From a virus (taxonomy: Duplodnaviria; Caudoviricetes), in the IMG/VR virus record IMGVR_UViG_3300043409_000969, positions 1-29,734 of that record: a stretch of DNA of 29,734 nt. One strand, given 5' to 3'. The notes beneath the pieces are model-generated. The model was not told the DNA's origin and did no database searches. It was given only the letters and a program-made list of their open reading frames with translations. How positions within the stretch are numbered: position 1 is the stretch's first letter; each line of letters starts with the position of its first letter. The position numbers and the translations under genes are program-made. Shown here in pieces: positions 9,166-17,044 of the stretch.

Positions 9166-9384
9166 TTACCGCCAGACATGCACCACTTTTTGATCATGTG
9201 CTGGATTCTCTTCGATGCGGAAACTCACGATGCCATCAAGCGCAGGATGTACAAAGATGATTGCATCCTCAGCGTTCAATCGCTCCAGGATCTCATGTTC
9301 GCTCGCTTTGAGGAGCCACAGGAGACCTTCTGGTTTTTCTTCTACGCGTGTGATTTCTTTGTCTGCTGTTTGTTTACGTGCCAT
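9166..9384 (-). CDS. Hypothetical protein (72 aa)
   Basis: GGAGG RBS; last gene of leftward operon; protein-like composition. Confidence 0.7.
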   Translation of the reverse strand: MARKQTADKEITRVEEKPEGLLWLLKASEHEILERLNAEDAIIFVHPALDGIVSFRIEENPAHDQKVVHVWR

Positions 9385-9410
9385 ATAAAAACCTCCACAT
9401 CAGTATGGTC

Positions 9411-10040
9411 TTAAGCGAGTGCTTCCATCGTTATCGGCAAGTGTTCGAGCATTATGTTCTGCACTCCCTGGGCGATGTCGCGATGCTCGACCTGCGTGTC
9501 CTGGCGTGTACGCAGTTGGACATAGTGAATCCACGAGCGGATGCTTCCGCTCATGTACATCGTGGTCGGAGTGCACAGCGGCAGGACCATGCGAGCAGTC
9601 TCCGCAGCCATGCCATGCGCGATGAGATCGCGATAGACATCGGTCGCGAACTCGATTGATGAACCAACCAAATACAGCGCGTCCTGCTGCTCCTTGGTCA
9701 GTTCTTCTATCTTCGGTAGTGGGAGGCTGGATTGGCGATTGTGAGCGCCAGCGAGGCGCATCTCTGGGACCTCGATGTCCTCGACCACGGTGGCGTACCG
9801 CTGGCTGAACTCCTGGAACGAGAACGACCGATGTCGGAGCAGCTGCGCGGCGATCGCTCTCGTGGTCTTGACCTCGATGCACATCGACGCCATTTCAAAG
9901 ATTGACCAGTGTCCGTGACCGACACAATACCTAAGCAACCTCGTGACGTCAGGATTGTCCTGGTTTGTCGGGTTCGAGACCCTGGCGCAATACCCGATGA
10001 CCTGCTCTGCTTCCGGTGTGATCCAGATTAGCTTTGTCAT
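9411..10040 (-). CDS. thyX: Flavin-dependent thymidylate synthase
   Basis: ThyX motif RHRSFSFQEFSQRY, plus GHWSIFE, E.ARMVLP and TQ.EHR. Confidence 0.97.
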   Translation of the reverse strand: MTKLIWITPEAEQVIGYCARVSNPTNQDNPDVTRLLRYCVGHGHWSIFEMASMCIEVKTTRAIAAQLLRHRSFSFQEFSQRYATVVEDIEVPEMRLAGAHNRQSSLPLPKIEELTKEQQDALYLVGSSIEFATDVYRDLIAHGMAAETARMVLPLCTPTTMYMSGSIRSWIHYVQLRTRQDTQVEHRDIAQGVQNIMLEHLPITMEALA

Positions 10041-10366
10041 AATTTGATTGCCTTTTTTGTAAGGTTGTCTAATAGTTGCTCTGCAATATCTTCAAACCTG
10101 TCGATTGGTTTTTCATGACCATCGTATACAACATCATCCCAAGTAACTTGCCGTGTAGAACTGTCGTAGGTTCCGCATTTCCAATCATCAGCAAGTAGTT
10201 GTTCTATGCTTGTATATATTGTTGGGACCTCATTACCACTTGGTCCAGCAATGTGTTGATAAACCTCTCCTTGATAATGTAAGTCCCTTAATCTTATAAA
10301 CTTACATCCCGGACGTGCGATTGCTTTTCCGTTGAGTAACGCACGAATAGCTCTGTCGTATGTCAT
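10037..10366 (-). CDS. DUF2829 / Tad2-like protein with acidic C-terminal extension
   Basis: MTY..AI.AL..GKAIAR.G at the N-terminus and S.E.LLADDW, the two hallmark blocks of DUF2829. Confidence 0.7.
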   Translation of the reverse strand: MTYDRAIRALLNGKAIARPGCKFIRLRDLHYQGEVYQHIAGPSGNEVPTIYTSIEQLLADDWKCGTYDSSTRQVTWDDVVYDGHEKPIDRFEDIAEQLLDNLTKKAIKL

Positions 10367-10668
10367 CGTTTGACCTTTGCCTCCTGTCGTTCGGCTTCAA
10401 TCCTAGCATTAGAATCGCTCCAAAGAGCTAGGCACTTAGCCAACCATAATCGTGTGTAACGTCCATATAGTGGCCACGATGCATCGATTTCTTTCCATGC
10501 AAGATCATGCCAATCATAAAGAGGAATCCTGTCCTTCATGTCATGACAACCGGCACAGCACGGAACAATGTCCGTGCCTCCGTTGCGCTCTGGTAATGGC
10601 ATGTGATCGCCTGTTTTCTTTGCGGCGTGACAGTACAACACTCCGCAGTAATAACACTCTGATGTCAT
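10363..10668 (-). CDS. HNH endonuclease-like protein
   Basis: CYYCG...DH..P...GG....PCC..CH..K zinc-binding HNH pattern. Confidence 0.8.
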   Translation of the reverse strand: MTSECYYCGVLYCHAAKKTGDHMPLPERNGGTDIVPCCAGCHDMKDRIPLYDWHDLAWKEIDASWPLYGRYTRLWLAKCLALWSDSNARIEAERQEAKVKR

Positions 10669-11213
10669 GCGTTCGGGTCCTCTTCTCCGATCACAAAGTG
10701 TGAACCGTTGTGATAACCAGGTATCGGCTTCGGTGTTGGTGCGAGCTTGCGCAGCGTAGTCTGCTGTGGCGGTCCTGGCTTAATCTGTGGCCGTGCCTGT
10801 TGTTGTGCCTGTGCAGCTCCATTGCCATCGTCATCCTCATCGGATGCGAGCGACAGAAGCGCACTGAGGCTGTAGCGTCGACCATACGAGAGTGCTGACC
10901 CGAATCCGTGACTGGTCTGTTGCATCACAGGAACCTGCACGACACCAGCGATCCACTCACCTGAGCTGTGAATGACACGGCTCTCGACCATGATGCTGGT
11001 GCTGTGCTCACCGTCGATGGTGTCCAGCACCGACTGCACAACGAATAGACCATGTTTCGCCATCACTGGTCGAACGACCTCCATGATGGCATCGAGTGAT
11101 GTGTACTTCGAGCGAAACGCAGGATTCGTGGAATCCTTGATGATTGGCCTGATCTCAGCCTGGGCCTTGACCAGCGCTGGTGCGATTGCACCGATTGTCT
11201 CCGACATTGTCAT
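10665..11213 (-). CDS. erf: ERF-family single-strand annealing recombinase
   Basis: NP.F.SKY..L, H.SGEWI and GSALSYGRRYSL...EDDDG signature. Confidence 0.93.
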   Translation of the reverse strand: MTMSETIGAIAPALVKAQAEIRPIIKDSTNPAFRSKYTSLDAIMEVVRPVMAKHGLFVVQSVLDTIDGEHSTSIMVESRVIHSSGEWIAGVVQVPVMQQTSHGFGSALSYGRRYSLSALLSLASDEDDDGNGAAQAQQQARPQIKPGPPQQTTLRKLAPTPKPIPGYHNGSHFVIGEEDPNA

Positions 11214-11692
11214 TTCAAACCCCCTATGTGTAAGCCTGCCCGACTGAGCGCGTTCCTAAACGCTGTCGTCCAGTTGATGTTGCGCCTATCGATGATGGCG
11301 CCTGACTGGCTGTAGGACCGCCAGATGCTGACATCATTGACCACTGGGCTGATTGCCCGTGCGATCGCTGGCCATTCGTCCTGGCGTGTCTCATACGCTT
11401 GACGCAGACAGTCAAGGACATGTGCGAGTGATTCGTACTTCGTGGTGCGAATCGAACGTGCCCACTCGATCTGTTTCTCCGAACCGCTCATCACAATCGG
11501 ATTCGGTTCTAGGATTCGCTGTGTCAGTGACCATGCGCGTTCGATTGAGCGCTTGTTCTCACACGCGGCGCAGATCTGGAGCGTCGACGCCATCATGGCC
11601 ATTTTGTATTTGAGGTCACCCTGCGTATATCCGACCATTATGTGTGCGGTATGGCCGCACCTCCACGTCAAGTCAACCCGTTCCTGTGTCAT
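11210..11692 (-). CDS. Hypothetical zinc-binding phage early protein (160 aa)
   Basis: ATG at 11692 with GGGGG RBS; CGH...C..C plus GSEKQI.WA..IR, a motif I recognise from unannotated phage proteins. Confidence 0.75.
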   Translation of the reverse strand: MTQERVDLTWRCGHTAHIMVGYTQGDLKYKMAMMASTLQICAACENKRSIERAWSLTQRILEPNPIVMSGSEKQIEWARSIRTTKYESLAHVLDCLRQAYETRQDEWPAIARAISPVVNDVSIWRSYSQSGAIIDRRNINWTTAFRNALSRAGLHIGGLK

Positions 11693-11702
11693 CCTGTCCC
11701 CC

Positions 11703-11900
11703 TTAGTTGATTTCGTAAGTGTATGCATCACCCTGAACGATGATGATTGCAGTGGTGTCTGTCTTTGATTCAACAGACCAGCATGTGTCCGCGAACGCAT
11801 TGAACATGATCAATGATTCCGCCCATGCAGCTGCTGTTGTCCATGTACCGGCTGGAGCTGTGTCAACGATGACGCCGTTCTCTGTAAGTGTTTGTTCCAT
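11703..11900 (-). CDS. Hypothetical protein (65 aa), first gene of leftward early operon
   Basis: ATG at 11900 with AAGGA RBS, just downstream of the leftward promoter. Confidence 0.7.
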   Translation of the reverse strand: MEQTLTENGVIVDTAPAGTWTTAAAWAESLIMFNAFADTCWSVESKTDTTAIIIVQGDAYTYEIN

Positions 11901-11938
11901 TGTCTTTTTCCTTCGTCGTGATGTCCAATCACATCGAC

Positions 11939-11968
11939 ATCCTAGCACGGGTTGACATACTGTGTCAA
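11939..11968 (-). promoter_or_regulatory. Leftward sigma70-type promoter
   Basis: Minus-strand TTGACA (11968-11963), 18 nt ending in TGC, then TAGGAT (11944-11939). Confidence 0.75.
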
Positions 11969-11981
11969 CTGTGTGTATAAC
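11952..11981 (+). promoter_or_regulatory. Rightward sigma70-type promoter overlapping palindrome GTTGACA-N5-TGTCAAC
   Basis: TTGACA (11952-11957), 18 nt, TATAAC (11976-11981); ATG follows 6 nt later. Confidence 0.75.
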
Positions 11982-11987
11982 GATGAC

Positions 11988-12185
11988 ATGATTTACGGAC
12001 ATACACAGGTGGATATCGCTGAGAAACTCGGCATCCACAAATCGGCAGTGTGTCGGATGCTCTCCGGCGCTCATGCTGTCAGACAGTCGACCGTCAAGCG
12101 TATCGCTGATGCAATCGGTCGCAGTGAATACGAAGTGCAGCTGTGGATCCTGTGCAAGCGCACAGGACAGACTCTCCCGCAATAG
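11988..12185 (+). CDS. Cro/XRE-family HTH regulator (65 aa, probably leaderless)
   Basis: TQVDIAEKLGIHKSAVCRMLSG...T..RIADAIG matches the HTH_3 pattern. Confidence 0.88.
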   Translation: MIYGHTQVDIAEKLGIHKSAVCRMLSGAHAVRQSTVKRIADAIGRSEYEVQLWILCKRTGQTLPQ

Positions 12186-12204
12186 ACAGAATAGGACTAG
12201 GACA

Positions 12205-12474
12205 ATGGACACAAGAAACATCAAACTTACATGCATCGAATGCCATCGCACGAACGCGGTGCCTTATGGTCGTGGACATCGCATCTGTGACATCTGCTCA
12301 CAGCGTGAGCTCAAGCGCGAGCGCCGCCTCCGGACGAAGCGCCGCATCCAGATGGTCGGCAGCTTCGTCGTGGTTGTCCTGGCTGTGTGGACAGCATGCG
12401 CGATGGCGTCCGACTGGAACACACCAAACTCACCAGATCACCGTGCACACCAGGCGATGCAAGCTCGTGACTGA
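12205..12474 (+). CDS. Zinc-finger, single-transmembrane protein (89 aa)
   Basis: CxxC-x14-CxxC, a basic helix, then hydrophobic MVGSFVVVVLAVWTACAMA; AGGA RBS. Confidence 0.7.
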   Translation: MDTRNIKLTCIECHRTNAVPYGRGHRICDICSQRELKRERRLRTKRRIQMVGSFVVVVLAVWTACAMASDWNTPNSPDHRAHQAMQARD

Positions 12475-13375
12475 CGCCATCAATACATGGTCACAGTACA
12501 GAGGTAGCAGACGCACGAGCACCACTGGACTCCTGACGCCACAGGAGGAGTTCTTTCTCGGACGCATGGTCCAGAGTGGTGTCCAGCGTGACAAAGACAA
12601 AGCGACCGCTGAGTTCATTGACCATAACGTCCGCATGGTCAGCGCGATCGCAAAGAAGTTTCGTGGTCGTGGATGCGAACATGAAGACATGCTCACCGAT
12701 GGCATGCTCGGACTACATCACGCGGTCCAGCGCTATGACCCTTCACTCGGTCACCGCTTCTCGACCTATGCGACCAACTGGGTTCGCCAGGCCATCGGTC
12801 GCGGTATTGAGAGTCGTGGTCGAGACATCCGTCTACCGTCACACGCCATCGCTAAACTGTCGCACATCAGAGTCTCGCGACAGGAGTACATCGTCAAGCA
12901 CGGTGAGACTCCAACACCGGCGGAACTTCTCGCGTACGTCCGTGAGGTCGTGCACACTTACCCGCGATACCTTCACAAGCAAATCGACTCACTTGATGTG
13001 AAGTCGCTGACGGAAATCCTCCAGCACGACGTCAAGCTGGTCTCGAGCATCGATGAACCGAACGCGTACGGCCAAAGCCGATACGACTTTCTGCCATCAG
13101 GAGAACCTCCGGTCGGTGAACACCTGGACAAAGAGATCCTCTACGCGCAGTTGCGCACGGTCATGGAGGTCCTCACGGACCGAGAGATTGCATGTCTTCG
13201 TCTTCGCTTCGGCTTCGATGGTCTGTCGGATGGTCGCTCACTCGAGGACGTCGGAATACTGATCGGCTACAGCCGCGAGCGCATCAGGCAGATACAGGTG
13301 CGCGCCATTGACAAACTTCGGGTGGCTGCTGGTGCAGACGTGCTGGCGGAGATATTTGAGAGGATGGAACTTTGA
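12467..13375 (+). CDS. RNA polymerase sigma70-family factor (RpoD/RpoS-like, regions 1.2-4)
   Basis: LLT..EE..L, N.RMV..IAKK, FSTYATNWVRQAI, IRLP.H, RSLEDVG...SRERIRQI; GTG start at 12467 coupled to the upstream gene. Confidence 0.95.
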   Translation: MTDAINTWSQYRGSRRTSTTGLLTPQEEFFLGRMVQSGVQRDKDKATAEFIDHNVRMVSAIAKKFRGRGCEHEDMLTDGMLGLHHAVQRYDPSLGHRFSTYATNWVRQAIGRGIESRGRDIRLPSHAIAKLSHIRVSRQEYIVKHGETPTPAELLAYVREVVHTYPRYLHKQIDSLDVKSLTEILQHDVKLVSSIDEPNAYGQSRYDFLPSGEPPVGEHLDKEILYAQLRTVMEVLTDREIACLRLRFGFDGLSDGRSLEDVGILIGYSRERIRQIQVRAIDKLRVAAGADVLAEIFERMEL

Positions 13376-13734
13376 ACGAATCAGAACAACAGATCGCATA
13401 TTTCAACTGGTGCCGAGTCATGGCGGGAAGTGATTCGCGCCTAGGCACAATCTTCGCTGTGCCAAATGGTGGCTATCGCTCGAAGGCCACAGCTGGCCGC
13501 ATGAAGTCCGAAGGACTCAAGGCTGGCGTGTGGGACATCTTCATCCCGATTCAGATGGGGCAGCACTGCGGGATGTGGATTGAGATGAAGGCTGGCAAGA
13601 ACCGTCTCACGCCAGGACAGTTCGCGTTCCGCAACACGGTCGGTGACGCATACAAATGGAAGGTGTGCTATTCGTGGCACGATGCTGTTGAGGCGACGTG
13701 CGAATACCTAGGCATCGCGAGTGGAATCAACTAA
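13372..13734 (+). CDS. VRR-NUC domain nuclease
   Basis: E...Q, FAVPNGG.R, G...GV.D, IEMK....L...Q (PD-D/ExK fold). Confidence 0.9.
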   Translation: MNESEQQIAYFNWCRVMAGSDSRLGTIFAVPNGGYRSKATAGRMKSEGLKAGVWDIFIPIQMGQHCGMWIEMKAGKNRLTPGQFAFRNTVGDAYKWKVCYSWHDAVEATCEYLGIASGIN

Positions 13735-13959
13735 TAGCTGTTGATTGATTTCATCGGCGAGCTCGATGCTGTGCATCTCACAGATGAGATACCAGACAGC
13801 CTTCAGCAAATCGTCGGTCTTATCTTCGCCAGGTTTAGAACCTGCGCGTAAAAGGTATTTGAGAGCATTCCCTCGCTTGAAGTCGAGACCATACATCTCG
13901 ATGATCTCGAGCGGCTGGACAGTGTGAGTGCGGTAATGTGTTGGGACCTGTTTGGACAT
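13708..13959 (-). CDS. DUF3310 family protein (T7 gp1.7 nucleotide-kinase-related)
   Basis: P.HY, F..GNALKY..RAG.K, DL.KA.WYL; TATAAT-N6-ATG start. Confidence 0.88.
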   Translation of the reverse strand: MSKQVPTHYRTHTVQPLEIIEMYGLDFKRGNALKYLLRAGSKPGEDKTDDLLKAVWYLICEMHSIELADEINQQLLVDSTRDA

Positions 13960-13981
13960 GCAGGGATTATAAGGGGTAGAA

Positions 13982-14818
13982 ATGAATAGAGTTTCACAGG
14001 CCGTGACATTTTTGTCATGGCTTTTCGAGCCGTACTCTGACGGCTTCGTCGAGATCCGAACGATGAATCAGGGCAAGGTGCAGATGCGTTTCTGGGAACT
14101 TCCAAGGACGGAAGCAGACTGGACCGGCATCGGCGAAGCGTGTATCCAGTGGAGTGACGCTGGAGAGGATGTGTACGTCGGTGTGCTTCCACGCTGGCGA
14201 AAAGGAGGACGGGACAATGATGTCCATACTGCTGCTACTATTTGGTGCGACATTGATGACCTTGATGGTCTGGATCAGACTGCAACACTTGCTAAGGTTA
14301 CAGTCGCGGTACGCTCGGGGCGAGGTCTCCACTGCTACCGTCGACTCAAAATGGCTGGCATTGGGACTAAGCCAACAGAACAGCGCGAGTTCGTGCAGCT
14401 GCTTGAACGCTGGATGCTCACACTCTCAGCGTCCGCTGACGTCAAGTGCAAGAACCCGTCAAGAATCCTACGAGTTCCTGGAACTCTAAACTGGAAGAAT
14501 CGCGAACTACCTCGGTTGGTGGAACTCGCAAAGTATCCACCAGAAGCCTCCAGAATCGTCGAGGAGACGACATCCACTCATCCATGGGGCGATGAGTGGT
14601 CACGCCTTTTGATTGCCGCCAAAGCGGGAGACCTCCCAAAGCGCGAGCGCGGCAATTGGAATCTTGGCAAGTACAAGCACGGGGACTATTTGCTGTACTG
14701 TTTCAATCACACGGTGATCGGCATCGAGCAGATGCGAGGTATGGGCATGGTCGCACATGCCGAAGAGTGCCGTAAACTCGTAACCACTGCGCTGGACACG
14801 CAGACATTCTTGGACTAG
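13982..14818 (+). CDS. RepB-like DNA primase (archaeo-eukaryotic primase superfamily)
   Basis: DVYVGV.PR, WCDID (motif I), SGRGLHCY (motif II), RILRVPGT.NWK. Confidence 0.88.
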   Translation: MNRVSQAVTFLSWLFEPYSDGFVEIRTMNQGKVQMRFWELPRTEADWTGIGEACIQWSDAGEDVYVGVLPRWRKGGRDNDVHTAATIWCDIDDLDGLDQTATLAKVTVAVRSGRGLHCYRRLKMAGIGTKPTEQREFVQLLERWMLTLSASADVKCKNPSRILRVPGTLNWKNRELPRLVELAKYPPEASRIVEETTSTHPWGDEWSRLLIAAKAGDLPKRERGNWNLGKYKHGDYLLYCFNHTVIGIEQMRGMGMVAHAEECRKLVTTALDTQTFLD

Positions 14819-14825
14819 GACTAAA

Positions 14826-16133
14826 ATGGACGAACTTTCTTTAGACGATCTCCGCGCCATGGTGGCTGGAGACATGGCGACGCATGCTCGCGTCGTGGCA
14901 AATGGTGAGCACCACTGGGACCGGCTATTTCAGCCACAACCTGCATCGGGTGGACCATTCAACGGACGAAACAATGCGCTGGTCACACTGCTCGGTTTCT
15001 TGCGAGCAAAGCGCTTCTCGATTGACCAGGCGAACATCTTCAGCATCTGGTGGAGTGACACATACTGCGAACCTCCACTCGAGCCTGAACTCATCCGTGA
15101 GACCACTGGCCGCTTCTGGGTCCAGTGGGCACAGGGTAATGTCCCCGACGATCTGCCGGGCGGAGAGACGATGTCTCCCTGGGAGGTCTGGGACTGGACA
15201 CGCATGGAGGTCGAGGAGGAGAAACTCGGAGCGCAGTCCTGGCTGATTCCGAACGTGTTGTCGACTGGCGGACTGCACTACCTGTCATCACCGCCAGGCA
15301 GTGGCAAAACGTGGGTGATGTGCGATCTCATTCGTGCAGCTGTATTCGGCGACAAGTGGCTGAACGAGTTCGACATCCCTCAGACCAAAGTGTTGTACAT
15401 CGATGAGGAGATGGGTGTCCAGAAGGTCCTACAGCGGCTGAGGAAGCTCGGAATGCGTTCGGCTGAAGGAATGGGCTACCTCAACAGAGTCGGCATCAGG
15501 CTGGACAATGTGCTCGATGTCGAACGAATCGTGAAGCATTGCCAGTCGCAGGGTATTGGTCTGGTGCTCATTGACTCTCTGGTGCGTGTGCATGGCCTGG
15601 ACGAAAACGATAACAGTCAGATGAGGAAACTCTACGACTCGTTCAAGAAACTGTTGGACGTCGGCATCACTGTCCTGATCGCTCACCACAATCGCAAGGG
15701 TGGCACTGACTCGACGGTCAAACACGAAGGTATGCGAGGTGCTGCGGAGATTGTCGCAGCTGCTGACATGGCGTTCTCTGTTGAGAAGCAAGCGAACGGC
15801 CTGTATCGCATGTACGTCACTAAAGGTCGACTGATCAGTGATGAGGACGCCATCGATGTGACCTTCGAGATCCGGGATGAGGATGGTCTCACGAAGGTCA
15901 GGACGCTTGACGCTGGCGCTAGGAGCGAAGTCATCACACAGGAGATCCGCTCGAAGCTCATTGAGCTCATCAGTGGCGAACCAGGCATCTCACAGTCGCG
16001 TTTGGTCGAGTTGTGTGGCAGTAGAAAATCAGTCGTGGCGGCTACACTCGCGGACCTCGAAGCGAGTCGAATCGTGGCGTTTGACAAGGGTCCACGCAAC
16101 GCGAAAATGTACCGTCCGACAGGTCTACTTTAA
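14826..16133 (+). CDS. PriCT-like domain plus AAA_25 (RepA-like) replicative helicase with C-terminal winged helix
   Basis: GRNNAL...G.L...PPL (PriCT); Walker A SPPGSGKT; VLYIDEE; LVLIDSL; HH.RK; MRGA..I. Confidence 0.9.
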   Translation: MDELSLDDLRAMVAGDMATHARVVANGEHHWDRLFQPQPASGGPFNGRNNALVTLLGFLRAKRFSIDQANIFSIWWSDTYCEPPLEPELIRETTGRFWVQWAQGNVPDDLPGGETMSPWEVWDWTRMEVEEEKLGAQSWLIPNVLSTGGLHYLSSPPGSGKTWVMCDLIRAAVFGDKWLNEFDIPQTKVLYIDEEMGVQKVLQRLRKLGMRSAEGMGYLNRVGIRLDNVLDVERIVKHCQSQGIGLVLIDSLVRVHGLDENDNSQMRKLYDSFKKLLDVGITVLIAHHNRKGGTDSTVKHEGMRGAAEIVAAADMAFSVEKQANGLYRMYVTKGRLISDEDAIDVTFEIRDEDGLTKVRTLDAGARSEVITQEIRSKLIELISGEPGISQSRLVELCGSRKSVVAATLADLEASRIVAFDKGPRNAKMYRPTGLL

Positions 16134-16136
16134 GCG

Positions 16137-16327
16137 ATTCAGTTGTTCCCGCGACCTGTTCCCGACCTGTTCCGCCCTTAAGTATTATAAAACGGGAACA
16201 ACTGAATAAAACCCCCCTTTGGAAACCCCCCCTGCGAGCATGTAAGTGTGCTCGCTTAGGGGTCTTAAGTTGAAACTGCTCCTGCGGGCCGGGCGCTTAC
16301 GCTGGCCCACAGGAACAGCATCAACTT
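16137..16327. other. Putative replication origin
   Basis: 15-bp perfect inverted repeat (16137-16151 / 16193-16207), tandem CGACCTGTTCC x2, AT-rich core and two further hairpins, directly after the primase and helicase genes. Confidence 0.6.
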
Positions 16328-16332
16328 TATGT

Positions 16333-16361
16333 TTGACAGATGGTTTGATGTTTGGTAATGT
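16333..16361 (+). promoter_or_regulatory. sigma70-type promoter for the SSB-like / HTH-Tad2 operon
   Basis: TTGACA, 17 nt ending in TGG, then TAATGT (extended -10). Confidence 0.7.
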
Positions 16362-16456
16362 CAACTTTGATGGTGCTGGTGGAAACACCTTCTGGATTGG
16401 TAACTGAGCCAGCACTGTCACAGAGTGGTCTTATAGACCGAAGGAGAAATAGAGTT

Positions 16457-16957
16457 ATGGGTTTCTTTTCAAACGCCACGTTCAACGATGGCGCATCACA
16501 GTTCGAAGCAGCTGTCGCAGGCTCTTATGTCTGTCGTCTCGCAAACGTCGAGAGCATCGACCGACCATCGTACGATGATCCGAATGTTATGCTTCCGAAC
16601 TTCCGGTTTACATTTGAGACCACTGAGTATGGCGACACCAACGGCAACGCCTTTCGTTTTGTGAAGTTCACACGCCAGGGATATGGCAACGACAAGCAAG
16701 CACTCACCATCCTGCTTGATGGCATGCTTGGACGCCGCTTGACTGCCGCTGAGTTTCACGACCTTGACATTGACTCACTCATGTCGAAGGAGTGGATGGT
16801 CACAGTCGACGCGAAGATCAACACGCGTGGTTACAACACGAACGCCATCATCAGCGTCTCTCCAGTCACTGCAAAGAAAAAGCTCACGAAGATCGCACAG
16901 CCAACCATCAAGACCGATGACATCAGCGATCCATTCGGTGAAGACGCCAGCGAGTAA
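16457..16957 (+). CDS. Single-stranded DNA-binding protein-like (DUF669-like)
   Basis: G.Y...L..VE OB-fold-type start, acidic tail ending DDISDPFGEDASE; AAGGAG RBS; replication context. Confidence 0.7.
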   Translation: MGFFSNATFNDGASQFEAAVAGSYVCRLANVESIDRPSYDDPNVMLPNFRFTFETTEYGDTNGNAFRFVKFTRQGYGNDKQALTILLDGMLGRRLTAAEFHDLDIDSLMSKEWMVTVDAKINTRGYNTNAIISVSPVTAKKKLTKIAQPTIKTDDISDPFGEDASE

Positions 16958-16988
16958 CCTCTCCCGGTTGCCAACGACTCGCTGACGA

Positions 16989-17030
16989 ACCAGGCACATC
17001 ATCCGAACGGTGTGCCTGGTCTTTTACTTT
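16989..17030 (+). terminator. Intrinsic terminator after SSB-like gene
   Basis: 12-bp stem ACCAGGCACATC / GGTGTGCCTGGT followed by CTTTTACTTT. Confidence 0.8.
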
Positions 17031-17044
17031 GAAGGGGAGAATCA

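Noticed and set aside
12143-12466. Long N-terminal extensions in the ORF track (also 1093, 8437, 11800, 11952, 12251, 16352, 18118, 18416, 22821)
   Set aside because: They overlap other genes, promoters or terminators; downstream starts have an RBS, coupling or leaderless geometry
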